Source of the DNA: Euprymna scolopes
Taxonomy: Eukaryota
NCBI GenBank assembly: GCA_053919585.1
Contig: CM132785.1
Direction: 5' to 3' (one strand)
Length of the DNA stretch: 64,000 nucleotides
Made by a program: the position numbers and the translations under genes. The notes beneath the pieces are model-generated. The model saw only the letters and a list, made by a program, of their open reading frames with translations. It searched no databases and was not told where the DNA came from. Position 1 is the stretch's first letter; each line of letters starts with the position of its first letter. Of the stretch, positions 38,450 to 50,832 are shown piece after piece.

Positions 38450-40460
38450 CCATCTACAAGATCGACGGCAGTGTGCCACACATCTCCATAGTCCACTTGG
38501 GAATTATGGTCACGCTAGAAATCGCTCATAACACCCGACCATAAGTCGAAGACGCATTACTAAATATAACTATAAAAAGGGCTTAGTAGAAAACCTTAAC
38601 AGATCACATCATAGACTCTACATGAAATAGTCTCTGTTCTCTTCCTGCATCATTGTTTGCAAATGAGGTTACTACATGCTTCAAAGCAGCTACTAACGCT
38701 AACGTTTAAATAAAAGTTCTTAAGCAAACCCCACTCTCGATATTGGTTCATTTCTATTTATGCATTGCAATTACTCAAAGACAGAATGTCCATTTCATTT
38801 AGGCAAACGTATATAATAGCAAGATAATTTCAAAGGGGGGAAATAACCGTATCCGAAGGATGACACTTAGAACTTAGTAGAAAAAACAATACTTCAGAAA
38901 TCCAGAACTCGCGGTTTTTGGAAAATTGATAACAGTATAGTAAATAATGGATTGTAAACAATCCACGAACTACTGAACACCCATTAGTTTACTTTCACGA
39001 ATATCAAAAAGGAAAGTTTTTTTTGCCCGACAGTTTGTCTCTAAATCCATTTGAGACCCAATGGACTTTCAGAATTCCCTGTACGGACAAGAAACACACG
39101 ATGATCTGAAAGTCATCCCCTACTTTTTCCTGATGCCATAAAAAGGTGGACCCGTCAAAGGCGTGTGAGCCTGATCTAATCACTGTTATACGATAAAAAT
39201 TGCTTAGATGATGTTGGCCAGATTCTCCTTAAACGTTATCAAGTCTTGCGTTTCTGATTGCTGCAAAACTGATTTCGTTTTCTGTTTTAAAGAATTATGG
39301 CGAAACCTACTAAGTTATCGCCATGAATCACATCCTTACTCTAAGCCCATAATTTCTCTTCGTCTCAATTTTGAGCCGTTACGCAATCAATCACTAGTTT
39401 AACATTTGATAGATAATTAACTTTTTTTCCGGCCGACAGTATTGATATAAGCATACCTGTTCTACTGCAGATATCCTTGCTGTTTTCTCTCATCTATATA
39501 TTATTCATTGAATTAGGAAGGAAAGTAGTTGTAGACATATTTAAGTCCTTTGACATAGATTTTTATTCTGATCTTCTCAAAAAATTAAATCCTGTGATAT
39601 TACTGGAAGATACTTAACATAATCAAACCTTTCTTTAGAAAAATTGGCAATCTGCGTAGTACGTCAAAACAGCATGATATAAACCTTGGTGTGTCACAGG
39701 AGTCGATCCTTAGACCTTTATTATTCCTCATATTCATATACACCTCTCTGATAGAATTCTCTCTGACAAAGGTACATTTACTGAGGATACTGTATTATAA
39801 ACTGAAGAGGAAACTGAATAGAAACTTATTTAAGAAAATAGGTAAAAGCTCTAATGAGTACCTCTAGTCTGTATGTGAATGGGGCTTGGAATGGATTGTT
39901 ACGATTGATGCTGCGCAGACTAAGCTTCTTTTTCATAACTTCAAGAAACCTTATAAAGCACTGATGCTATGGCTTATATTACACTACTGCAGAAAATTTT
40001 CTTTAAAATTCATAGGCTTCTCATTCACAGGCAACATGATTTTAGGGGGTTTGCAAAGTGTGCGGCGAAGAACGTGTGGTTTGTCTATCAGATAAGAAAA
40101 AAATATAAGAGTATCCTGAACCTCTACTAAGCTACTATTTGTCTGTGCATCGAGCAGTGTTTCTAGATCAAGGCTAGTGCCCCTGCCAGTCGCCTTTCAA
40201 GGCTCTAAACAAATTAACCAACCTAATTGATCCCGCATTTTCAACAAAACCCTAACCTCTAAGCATCACAGGTATTTTCCATCTCTCTTGTGGTGTTGCA
40301 TGAACTTTAATGGAATATGCTCTGGTGAAATATTGAATTATTAGTACTTGTCCTTCCGACAAACCAGCCAATTAGAAAAAAAACACCCATACACTGTCGA
40401 TATCCATAGATACCGAAGGGCTTTTACTTAAATAACTTCTTTCTTCTAACACTTGGGTTC
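38450..40460 (+). pseudogene. Very old CR1-type LINE ORF2 remnant
   Basis: SPLGNYGH (~38490), STADILAV, VDIFKSFD, INLGVSQESILRPLLFLIFI, EWIVT.DA..TKL. Boundaries approximate. Confidence 0.6.
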
Positions 40461-40746
40461 CTGTTTACCTGACTTTTCTTACATGCATATTTGCACGTGT
40501 TATGTGACGAAATACGTATCTTACAAACAACCTGTGCGTGTCAATTTGATCTCATATATTAGCCCCTTACGAAAACATTCCGCTGTGCTTATTTGGAGTG
40601 ACATACAAGTAAGAATAATACTACAAATACGCGAAATTCATTTATTTCGAGTAGTTATTTATCGGAACTATATATTTTGACATTAAATGTAATGCAGAAA
40701 TCTTTAAATTAGCATGCATACAAAATATTGGGTCAGTGAGAAAATA

Positions 40747-40914
40747 NNNNNNNNNNNNNNNNNNNNNNNNNNNNNNNNNNNNNNNNNNNNNNNNNNNNNN
40801 NNNNNNNNNNNNNNNNNNNNNNNNNNNNNNNNNNNNNNNNNNNNNNNNNNNNNNNNNNNNNNNNNNNNNNNNNNNNNNNNNNNNNNNNNNNNNNNNNNNN
40901 NNNNNNNNNNNNNN
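40747..40914. other. Assembly gap (N run)
   Basis: Run of n. Confidence 1.
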
Positions 40915-40973
40915 ATAAACTTGTACGATCGTTTCGGCAAAACGGTCTAATCCTTATAATATATATGCCGACT

Positions 40974-41343
40974 GTCAACACGACGGTTCTAGTTTCAATC
41001 CTTGGCTTGCGAAGGATGCTAGTCTAGCGGCACTGATGAGTTGTGATACAACGAAACATGACTGTATGTAGACGACTACAAATATATTTTAAGCCCCCCC
41101 TCTTTGGGTAGAGCACTGTCGTAAATAATCTCGCCCGGTACTTAATTGGCTGAAAATGCGAAGCTCGTTGTTTGTTTGTTTACAAATAGGAAGTTTGAGC
41201 ACTGTAAAAGTGGTGGCGGATGTCTATTTAAATAGACATTCCGATGAGTTATTTGCGGGCGTCCCTTCTGTGGTCAACACGACGGTTCTAGGTTCAATCC
41301 TTGGCTTGGGAGGGATGCTAGTCTAGCGGCACTGTATGTCGAT

Positions 41344-41346
<3 letters not shown>
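40974..41346 (+). mobile_element. ~299-bp partial tandem repeat carrying a hammerhead ribozyme (retrozyme / Penelope pLTR-like)
   Basis: 40974-41035 is repeated at 41273-41333; the first copy has the HHR core. Confidence 0.6.
41027..41076 (+). ncRNA. Hammerhead ribozyme core
   Basis: CTGATGA (41033-39), perfect stem II GTTGT/ACAAC, GAAA (41053-56), stem III ACATG/TATGT, GTA cleavage triplet (41068-70). Stem I pairing is uncertain. Confidence 0.7.

Positions 41347-41408
<62 letters not shown>
41347..41408. repeat. (TA)n microsatellite
   Basis: Direct reading. Confidence 0.95.
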
Positions 41409-41411
<3 letters not shown>

Positions 41412-42354
41412 CTTTATTTTTGCACCAATGTAATAGTATAAAGTAATATTGTCTTAATCCTCTGCGTATATTAGTTGCCATCGGAATTTTTATTTCTGGT
41501 TGGTCTGTCAATTATTTTAATTCATGGGTATTATTTTTATTTTGATAATGAAAAATAAATCGTACTTTTATAATAACCTTTCTCTTCTTATTTTAATTAA
41601 CAACCGACTACGTGAATTTTCTTTTACATGCTATTCATCTGGTCTTTTAATTCGTTTATTTCGAAACTCAAGCTAGTACATTATTACGATACAGATGCAG
41701 AAAAATATATACACTTATAATAAATATTTAAGATGAAAATATATTTATTTTCTCTATTATAACAATTTAAGAAATCGAGCTAAATGAATCAGCATATTAA
41801 ATTAAAAATTATACGATGCTCAACTCGCATTACTGAAAAACCTAGAAACCTGGAAAACATATGTTTATTACTTGATAACAATTACTTATTGTTTTTGTTT
41901 TAAATTCTGTTATATTGACATTATTGCACATATTTTCAGTACGTATTACTCAATATACTTTGATTTATCTATATATATATTGCTTTGATTAACTTTCTTT
42001 TTTAATCGTTTCTCTCATCGATTATTGAAGTAGAAATAATTTCACACTGCGAAAGCATGCTGACATAATATTTATCTTCAATTATTTTTTTTGTTACAAT
42101 TATTCCCTTTTCTTAACAGAATAAAAAAGAAACATTAAATCTTTTATAAATCACAGTATGCCTGCTTCAATTTATTTGTCGCCTATCTACACCAGTATGC
42201 CTACGTATCTCGCGGGAAAAATTTAGAATAAATGGTTTGAGTTTTTAAAACTAAATTATCACTTCTAATATAAACTTATCTCATGTAGCGGTAAAATTGC
42301 AAGTTAATTGATTTGAGTAAATCTCTGACTATAGGAAGAAATGCTCATAAAATC

Positions 42355-42387
<33 letters not shown>

Positions 42388-44235
42388 GGCATCACCACAT
42401 TATCAAGGCCCAGAGGCCACTCAAGGATAAGGGTTAAAGAGTGTACAGTAGAAGTTGGTCAATATAGTAATCATTAGTAATGAAAATTTGGTAAATTTAA
42501 TAACTTATATGGAACGGCTCATCAAGAACTTATTTACCTTAGACTTGAACACAACCATATTGTAGTCAGCCGGAAAGCAGGAAAACGGAAGACAATTCCA
42601 CAGGCGTGCAGTTCTAAGAAAGAAGCTTTGTTCATGGAATCTATGTTTAGGTTTAGGCACAGATAAAGAGTGGGGGAAATTATTGATAGTGTTTACAGCT
42701 AGACGAGTGTTTCTTGTGAAAGTTTGGCGAGGGGGGACCATAGATTGAAGCTCAGTTGAACACTTTCCATGAAAATAACGATACATCAGAGACAAACTCG
42801 CAACATCTCTTCTGTGAGATAGAGGTTGTAAGGAGGAGAAAAGGACATCTCCTACGAGGCTACGAAGTCTATTTTGAACTCTATCAAGGCAGGACAAGTC
42901 CTTTCTAGCAGCTCCTGCCCAGATGTGGCAACAGTATTCCATCCTTGGACGTACCTGGCTCTTATATAGATAGAGAATAGCATCAGCAGTGAGATATCTA
43001 CTGGATCGATAGAAAGATCCCACCATTTTTCCAGCGGCCTTGGCAACAGATTTGATATACGTGTTCCATTTAAGATCAGGAGTAATGGTCAAGCCCAGAA
43101 GCTTGTCAAAACTTGAGGCCTCCTGAAGACGAGAGCCATTCATTTCAATTGATGACAAATGTGGATTAAAATGTTGATGATGTAAAGAGAGAAGCTTGGT
43201 TTTAGATGCATTAAAAGTAACCAGCCACTCCTTTCCCCATTGTACTACATGCTCAAGATCAGAGGAGAGAGAATTGGAGAGTACTTGCTCGTTTACTGTT
43301 TTAGATGTGGTACCATAAATGGTAGTGTCGTCAGCATAAATGTCTACAAATGATGTAAGGATATGATTTGGAAGATCATTAATGTAGATCAGGAAAAGAG
43401 TTGGGCCCAGGATGGATCCCTGAGGGACACCGGCATTAATACTGAGAGCTTCTGATTTTTGCCCCTCAACTACTACTCTTATGAACCTATCAGAAAGAAA
43501 TGATTTAATAATTGAGAAGACTTTTCCAGCTATACCATAGCTAGCGATCTTATGAAGTAAACCTTTATGCCATACCCTATCAAAGGCTTTAGATATGTCA
43601 AGAGCAATTTCCCTAGAAAGATTGCCACCGTCGAGAGATTTGCTAATCCTATGCGATATAACTGTAAGGACATCTGCTGTAGATCTAGCAGAACGGAAAC
43701 CATATTGAGTGTCACTAAGAAGGTTATTTTTGTTGAGATGTTTGATTACTTCTGTATTTAACACAGATTCTAGCAACTTACTCATGACGCACAGGAGACT
43801 TATTGGCCTGTACTGAGAGGGGGATGAGCGATCACCTGAATTCTTAAATACAGGGCATACTGATGAGATTTTCCAGGGAGATGGGAAACTATTCTCCTTA
43901 AGACAACGTTTAAACAGTTTTGTAAGTATGGGCGCTAGTTCAGGTTGAAGTATTTTGAGTACTATAATTGGAATACCATCAGGGCCAGTTGCTTTACTGG
44001 AATCAAGGTTTTTGATTAGCTTGGCAACATCACGTACAGATATACGTATATCACATAGCGTGTTTTCTGATACAGGAGGAAATATTGGGGGTTGGCGGTC
44101 TTGGTCGCAAAGGGTAGAATTAGCTGCAAAGTTCTTGACAAAGAGTTGGCTTTGTCTGATGCTGACGAGATTACCTCAGGTCCATTGATAATAGTTGGGA
44201 TGGAGCACACGCTTCTGTTCAGGATTCTGTTTGCT
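42355..44235 (-). mobile_element. Young 5'-truncated CR1-type LINE with poly(A) tail
   Basis: Poly-T at 42355-42382, short 3' UTR, long RT reading frame. Confidence 0.93.
42505..43785 (-). CDS. LINE ORF2 reverse transcriptase domain (5'-truncated; frame stays open upstream through KATGPDGI...YRPISLL)
   Basis: QYGFR, LDISKAFDRV, GVPQGSILGP.LF..YIND, YADD, LGL..DLKW, RPRMEYC; no stops in 426 aa. Confidence 0.9.
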   Translation of the reverse strand: MSKLLESVLNTEVIKHLNKNNLLSDTQYGFRSARSTADVLTVISHRISKSLDGGNLSREIALDISKAFDRVWHKGLLHKIASYGIAGKVFSIIKSFLSDRFIRVVVEGQKSEALSINAGVPQGSILGPTLFLIYINDLPNHILTSFVDIYADDTTIYGTTSKTVNEQVLSNSLSSDLEHVVQWGKEWLVTFNASKTKLLSLHHQHFNPHLSSIEMNGSRLQEASSFDKLLGLTITPDLKWNTYIKSVAKAAGKMVGSFYRSSRYLTADAILYLYKSQVRPRMEYCCHIWAGAARKDLSCLDRVQNRLRSLVGDVLFSSLQPLSHRRDVASLSLMYRYFHGKCSTELQSMVPPRQTFTRNTRLAVNTINNFPHSLSVPKPKHRFHEQSFFLRTARLWNCLPFSCFPADYNMVVFKSKVNKFLMSRSI

Positions 44236-44299
44236 ATTTATAAATCTATTAAAATACATATTTTACACACGCATAGATTACAAATGTATATATATACAA

Positions 44300-44443
44300 N
44301 NNNNNNNNNNNNNNNNNNNNNNNNNNNNNNNNNNNNNNNNNNNNNNNNNNNNNNNNNNNNNNNNNNNNNNNNNNNNNNNNNNNNNNNNNNNNNNNNNNNN
44401 NNNNNNNNNNNNNNNNNNNNNNNNNNNNNNNNNNNNNNNNNNN
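44300..44443. other. Assembly gap (N run)
   Basis: Run of n. Confidence 1.
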
Positions 44444-44529
44444 GAAAAAAATCCAGTAAAGTGCTCGATCGTAGATGTGAGAGCTGAAGATACAATATTT
44501 ATTATTACACTATATATACATATTTCAAG

Positions 44530-44604
44530 GTCGTACCATTGGTTTCGATACACCGAAAACAGTAATAATATACTGTGGAAAATCGGTATAATCTCTTCGG
44601 CGAC
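44530..44604 (-). ncRNA. Minimal type-I hammerhead-like motif (inverted copy)
   Basis: Reverse complement of 45973-46047. Confidence 0.55.
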
Positions 44605-44746
44605 AAAGAAAAATCTGAAACTAATGCAAAATGAACGAACATAGAAGAAACGCTAGACGAGCGTTTAAGACTCAGAATTTCATATTTAAAAAAATATCGT
44701 TTTAAAACTGACGTTAATAGATTATTATAGAAGAAAGAAAGGAAGA

Positions 44747-44781
<35 letters not shown>

Positions 44782-45068
44782 CGTGCGTGCATAGCGGGGA
44801 AGGGGGTGCGATGGAAAACTCTCTAAAAAATATAAAGGTCCTGTTAAAGCCATATTAATAAATAAAAGTAGGACAATTAACGATAATAAATAATGAGAAA
44901 GGCATGAATATATTAATATGATTTATAAATATAGCCTGTATGAATATTAAAAACGAAAAATAGCCTGTATGAATATTAAAAACGAAATCTTCAGACAATG
45001 TCCCCACAAAAGAAAATTCCTCCTCGCCAAATGGCCTAACAACAGCATAACTTAACCGATTCACACTC

Positions 45069-45340
45069 CATTTACACAAAGACTCCTAATTCACACATAG
45101 ACACCTAAATACCACATTCACCTCTCACTCTAAACCTCAAATCATCTCTCTTCTAATCATACCTCAACATTCCTCGCCACCTTACCTCCTTACTATCACA
45201 CACCCTATTTACACAAAGACACCCTATTCACGTATAGACACCTAAATTCCACATTCACCTCTCATTCTAATCTCCAAACCAACTCTCTTCTACTCATATC
45301 TCAACCTTTCTCACCACCTAATATCCTTAACTTTACCATA
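45069..45340. repeat. Diverged ~138-bp tandem duplication in the Penelope 3' UTR
   Basis: tttacacaaagac...atagacacctaaat.ccacattcacctctca occurs twice. Confidence 0.75.
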
Positions 45341-45791
45341 TAACCCCCCCAATAATAAGGATAACCTTTATAGAGAAACTATTCCCCTTCCCCCCCACAA
45401 CCTTCGCATCTGATAGTTGTATAGTCTTTTAATATTTATTAATTTCCTTTAATTATTTTAATTATCTTAAATTTCTCCATTCACTATTATTCTCTCATAA
45501 TTAAAATATTAATATTTTTAAAATAAATTTAAAATTCTTTTAAAGTTCTTATTTTTTATTTATTTATTAAATTTACCTTATTTATCTTTATCCTTATTTT
45601 ATTTAATTTAATTCATTTAATTAATTTAAATAATTTTAAAATTTTTATAAATCATATTAATATATTCATGCCTTTCTCATTATTTATTACCGTTAATTGT
45701 CCTACTTTTATTTATTAATATGGCTTTAACAGGACCTTTATATTTTTTAGAGAGTTTTCCATCGCACCCCCTTCCCCGCTATGCACGCACG

Positions 45792-45830
<39 letters not shown>

Positions 45831-45972
45831 TCTTCCTTTCTTTCTTCTATAATAATCTATTAACGTCAGTTTTAAAACGATATTTTTTTAAATATGAAAT
45901 TCTGAGTCTTAAACGCTCGTCTAGCGTTTCTTCTATGTTCGTTCATTTTGCATTAGTTTCAGATTTTTCTTT

Positions 45973-46047
45973 GTCGCCGAAGAGATTATACCGATTTTCC
46001 ACAGTATATTATTACTGTTTTCGGTGTATCGAAACCAATGGTACGAC
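45973..46047 (+). ncRNA. Minimal type-I hammerhead-like motif with CCGAAGA core variant
   Basis: Stem I GTCG/CGAC, CCGAAGA, long stem II (gat.ataccga/tcggtgtatc), GAAA, minimal stem III ACCA-A-TGGT, GTA site. Confidence 0.6.
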
Positions 46048-46080
46048 CTTGAAATATGTATATATAGTGTAATAATAAAT

Positions 46081-46087
<7 letters not shown>

Positions 46088-46154
<67 letters not shown>
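46088..46154. repeat. (TA)n microsatellite
   Basis: Direct reading. Confidence 0.95.
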
Positions 46155-46157
<3 letters not shown>

Positions 46158-46197
46158 AATATCTTACTGTCATTTACTTTCAAATGATTTTCCCTGT

Positions 46198-46720
46198 AAG
46201 GATGGAATCCTGCTTCCATATCTGGGCAGGAGCTGCTAAAAACAGCCTATCCTGCCTTGACAGAGTACAAAATAGACTTCGTGGTTTAGTGGGGGATGCC
46301 CTTTTCCCTATCCTGCAACCTCTCCCACAGAAGAGACGTTGCGAGCCTATCCTTGTTTTATCGTTATTCCCATGGAAGGTGCTCGTCTGAACTCCAATCT
46401 CTGGCCCCTCCCTCGCCAATCTTTCACGTAAAACACCCGTCTAGCTGAATCCACTGTGAAATATTTCCCCCACTCTTTATCTGTGCCTAAATCAAAACGT
46501 GAATTCTATGAACAAAGCTTCTTTCTTAGAACTGCACGCATGTGGAACTCTGTTCCTCTGCCTGCTTCCCACCTGACTACAACGTGGGTGTCTTCAAGTC
46601 CAACGTTAAAAAATTCCTAATGAACCGCCCCCTTAAGTAAACACTTCATCAAATCTCCACACTAACGTACTGTACTTGCAATAACCCTTATCCCTTGGTG
46701 GCTTGCGGGCATTGATAAGT
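46198..46720 (+). mobile_element. CR1-type LINE 3' fragment
   Basis: RMESCFHIWAGAAKNSLSCLDRVQNRLRGLVGD, colinear with the C-terminus and 3' UTR of the 42355-44235 copy. Confidence 0.85.
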
Positions 46721-48148
46721 GAATTTTTTTTTTAAATACTAGTTTTAAATATATAAGTTATAAATTGTTCGCGACTTTTATTGTTGTGGATTTATTGTCT
46801 CTGACCAGAACAGACTACTAACACTTAATCCGAGTCGCCAAAGACAGATTTAATTAAAAATAGAAAATTATAAACTGCCCATTAAAAAAAAAACATATCT
46901 ACGATTGATATTCCAATTTGTGTCCTGGACATAAGATAAACACTCTTTCAATGTTGAAAAAAAGCAAATTAAACAGCACAAAGCCTAACAATAAATTAAA
47001 AGATCACTAATTTGGTAAACAATAGTTACTACCGACACAATTGACGTACAGTCAATAAGCGTATGCTATTCGTGCAATTAGTATTTTTTCGTTACACTCC
47101 ATTTAGGGCTTATCTGCTTTAAAACTATTATTAACTGGTTATAATTAATACAATTATGTGCCTTATTCTTGTATTCTGTTCATGTAACTGAAGAGGGTTA
47201 TAATTTCAAGCTTGATCTGGCTATTAAATGTGCTATCTTTTTTGTGAATCATATACTACATATTGATTTGGCGTTAGTATCGAGAAAATACCGTCGAGTT
47301 CTAAAATATGCTAAAGACCATTTCAAAAGAAAAAGCTAAGATTGTTAAAAAAATAACAGAGTTGTAGTTTGTTAAAACGAGTTTTAAATCAAATTCACGA
47401 AATTGTAATTAGCTGTATTGGTGGTTGTTATCATATTTACGGTATATCTGCTTTATATATTTTAAATACAGACACATGTTTAGATTACTTCGTAGAATTG
47501 TGGATGTTAAAATTACATATATAATTTTAAAGAACAAACACTCATTATTCATTACAAACAGTTAAAAACTTTGACGCATATTCATCAAAAATATTTTCTT
47601 CTTACTAAATTATAGACTTGGCAAATTTAGTATAATTATAAATGTGCTATTCTATTTACTCAATAAAACGAATCAAATGCATCAATAAAAATAAATATTT
47701 TCTTCAACAGGAAATATCTAACCAAACACATCATCCACACATTTTATTAATAGTAGAAACAGAAAAGGCTGATGAGAAAATAGCTAATTATCTTGGGAAA
47801 AGATTTCAAAGATGCCAATTTGCAAAAGAAAAACAAATGTGTTACTTTATCACAGTGAATTGACATCATTGTAAAACTCATGCCGTTGAGTGTGAAGATC
47901 TCGGATCGACAAAAGCGAAAATTGAATTCTGTTACAATTTCAAATAATGGAAGATAACATCTTGCGTTCACAAAAGTGAACACACCTGTTGAGGAATTCG
48001 TTATTGCTGATGAAGGAATCATGATAAGCGATCACACTTTCTGAATAATTATGCGGTTTTCTACGTTGACAAATGGAATTCCATCCTTCTGTTTTTCTGA
48101 TATAATAGGTTTTCCAAGCCAGCATCGCAGCAAACTTTCTCTGTGATC

Positions 48149-48153
<5 letters not shown>

Positions 48154-48234
<81 letters not shown>
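48154..48234. repeat. (TA)n microsatellite
   Basis: Direct reading. Confidence 0.95.
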
Positions 48235-48236
<2 letters not shown>

Positions 48237-48290
48237 CTTAAACGGTCGTAATTATCGGGCTTGCAACCGACTGTGTCAATGACTCTAACA

Positions 48291-48622
48291 NNNNNNNNNN
48301 NNNNNNNNNNNNNNNNNNNNNNNNNNNNNNNNNNNNNNNNNNNNNNNNNNNNNNNNNNNNNNNNNNNNNNNNNNNNNNNNNNNNNNNNNNNNNNNNNNNN
48401 NNNNNNNNNNNNNNNNNNNNNNNNNNNNNNNNNNNNNNNNNNNNNNCCAAGCCAGAATCGCACGNNNNNNNNNNNNNNNNNNNNNNNNNNNNNNNNNNNN
48501 NNNNNNNNNNNNNNNNNNNNNNNNNNNNNNNNNNNNNNNNNNNNNNNNNNNNNNNNNNNNNNNNNNNNNNNNNNNNNNNNNNNNNNNNNNNNNNNNNNNN
48601 NNNNNNNNNNNNNNNNNNNNNN
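48291..48622. other. Two assembly gaps (48291-48446, 48465-48622) separated by an 18-bp island
   Basis: Runs of n. Confidence 1.
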
Positions 48623-48689
48623 ATTCAGCAGATTGCTCAATTAAAAGGGAAATCCGAAATATAAGAGCGTATTTATATTTTGTATTTTG

Positions 48690-48877
48690 TGTACAGAAAG
48701 TTGTTGGGTGAGACAAGTCATTGGTAACGTCAGCTTATACTCATATCTTGATGAGTATTAGTATCATTTCAGAGATGAGTATTAGCTGAAGAGAGCTTTA
48801 TATGGATATCTTAAACGGTCCTAATTATCGGGTTGCTACCGACGGTACCAATGTCTCGTCTAACAACTTTCTGTACA
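48690..48877 (+). mobile_element. Small Penelope-like pLTR remnant with imperfect inverted ends
   Basis: tgtacagaaagttgtt...cattggtaacgtc vs gacggtaccaatg...aacaactttctgtaca. Decayed ctgaaga...aaacgg core. 48809-48865 has a diverged copy at 48236-48290. Confidence 0.45.
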
Positions 48878-48902
48878 TAATATATATACACACACACACA
48901 CA

Positions 48903-48945
<43 letters not shown>

Positions 48946-49447
48946 GTAAGACGAGGTTTTCCATATTACAATATGTGGAGCAGTTTTATTAACAAATTGC
49001 AAAAGAGACAGGTTTACTATTGCATTGGTTAAACTCGTCAATTGATCCGGTTATGTAAAAGTTAATAATTATATTCAATCGATTTTGTTAAATTTTAATA
49101 GTCATGTAGCTGGGTTTCTTTGGTTTCATCATTTTTAACATCGCTCAATCAGAAGGTATAATTATCACTCCCTCAAAAGCCATTTAACTGCAAGTTCGTA
49201 TATTTGTACTAACAGTTTATCAGTCATTAACATTAGTATCCAAATACAGATGGTCTCATTTATTTACCACTTATGAAGAAAAATAGACAAAAGTAACTAT
49301 CAGATTTAAACACTTTCCAAATTTTTAGTTGAAAAGGAAATTACACGAAGACAATTTTAGTTTACACCGTTAACCTAAACAATTAACTTAGTCTTGAAAG
49401 AAATAAGCGTGCGACTTTAAGTAATACGAATATGAATTTATTAAGTA

Positions 49448-50512
49448 CTAGCGTGGGGTACCGGCCTTTCCCGGGTGTTTGAAGGTATGGGTATGTGTGT
49501 GCGTGTGTGTGTGTGTGTGTGTTAAAAATAGGTGTAAAAGAAAAAAAGAAAGTTTTGGTAGGAATGTCGGATTGAACCACGAAGCCTTGACGCGTAGGTG
49601 GAAACGAAAGAAAAAAGCCAGTCGCCTACCCATCTGGGCCACGACGGAGAGGAACTTATAAGGGCCATATATGAATGTTTATGAAGCGAAATAAACAGGT
49701 GCGAGGAAATCTGACATAATTTTGCAAGACAAATCATTCGCGGACATACACAAGAAAAGCGATAAAAGATTTGACCACTTCCATGATTGTAACAGACTTT
49801 GGCCGAGAACTCTCAGCAGAAAACAAACAAACAAATAAACAAATAAAACGAACTGGAAAGAATAAAAATGTGGGGGGAAACCCCAACAAGCTTACCGTGT
49901 AAAATGCAAAAATGTTTATGGTATTTTATTTAATTTTTTATTTATTTATTATTGGTTTGTTTTCTGCAATAAAATCCAATAAACAAAACTGCAAAAAATA
50001 CAAATGGTGAAAAAAAAAATAAAACCAGAAAACTGACCGTATATAATAACAATATGTTTAATAGATTTTTTTTAATGTTTGTTTGTTTTCTGAAAAAAAT
50101 GTATTTTTAAACCGTATAATTGTTAGGTGTAAGTACAACGATGGAAAAATGCCGATCCATTTTTTGTAAGCAACTAAGAAATCACACCGGTGTTTCCTCG
50201 TAAATACCCTTGTGGACGTATCCGAAACGATGTTAAGTGGTCGCGAGGGGGGTATGAATCTAATACAGAGAAAAGATTTTACCACTTCCATTGATTGTAA
50301 CCGAGTTTGGCCATGAACTCTCAGCAGAGAAAAATATAGGGATCTAAAATTATCGAGGAAGTGGATAGGTAATAGGCCTATAACACACCAGAGATATCGT
50401 GCTACAGTCCGTGCATAATACATTCGCATGAAATGTCTGGATTTTACGCCTATAAGTCGACCATAGGGGGGAATGAGTTCATTTTTATGTACATAGAGAT
50501 TTATATAAGAGA
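49448..50512 (-). mobile_element. Non-autonomous Helitron with termini like 7388-7907
   Basis: Minus strand starts TCTCTTATATAAATCTC and ends aaacacccgggaaaggccgg...CTAG|T. Internal ~60-bp duplication (49765-49825 / 50271-50332). Confidence 0.7.
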
Positions 50513-50832
50513 CGTTAAAAGTAATTGATACGTTTTTCTTATCAAAATTGCAAAATTCTAAACGATCTTAGACATGGGAGTAACAGCTTAAATGACAAAA
50601 GGACTAAAAAACGATCGTAAAAAATGATTCATAGAGTTGTATATATACAGTGATGATCATATTTATTGGCACGGTAAAATAAAAGTCAAATTTTGTCTAA
50701 TAAATTCTAAAAAAAGGATTAAATTAAAGAAAATAACAAAGTATATTATGTATTTTTAACTGGCCTTTCCGATGCAGCAATCGGATTTTAGAAAAAATAA
50801 ATAACAAAGGAACGACAAACATAATTGCAAAA

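Larger units (their letters stand above)
44490..46087 (+). mobile_element. Penelope-like 3' remnant with ~440-bp near-perfect inverted arms (44490-44929 / 45644-46087)
   Basis: Arms are reverse complements; I see one substitution and a (GT)n length difference. The spacer begins NIKNEIFRQCPHKRKFLL, like the PLE GIY-YIG C-terminus. Both arms contain an HHR-like motif. Confidence 0.8.

Noticed and set aside
47640-48130. Possible LINE endonuclease remnant (HLAFTK...ISDH) or host exon
   Set aside because: Only one short motif; too weak to call.
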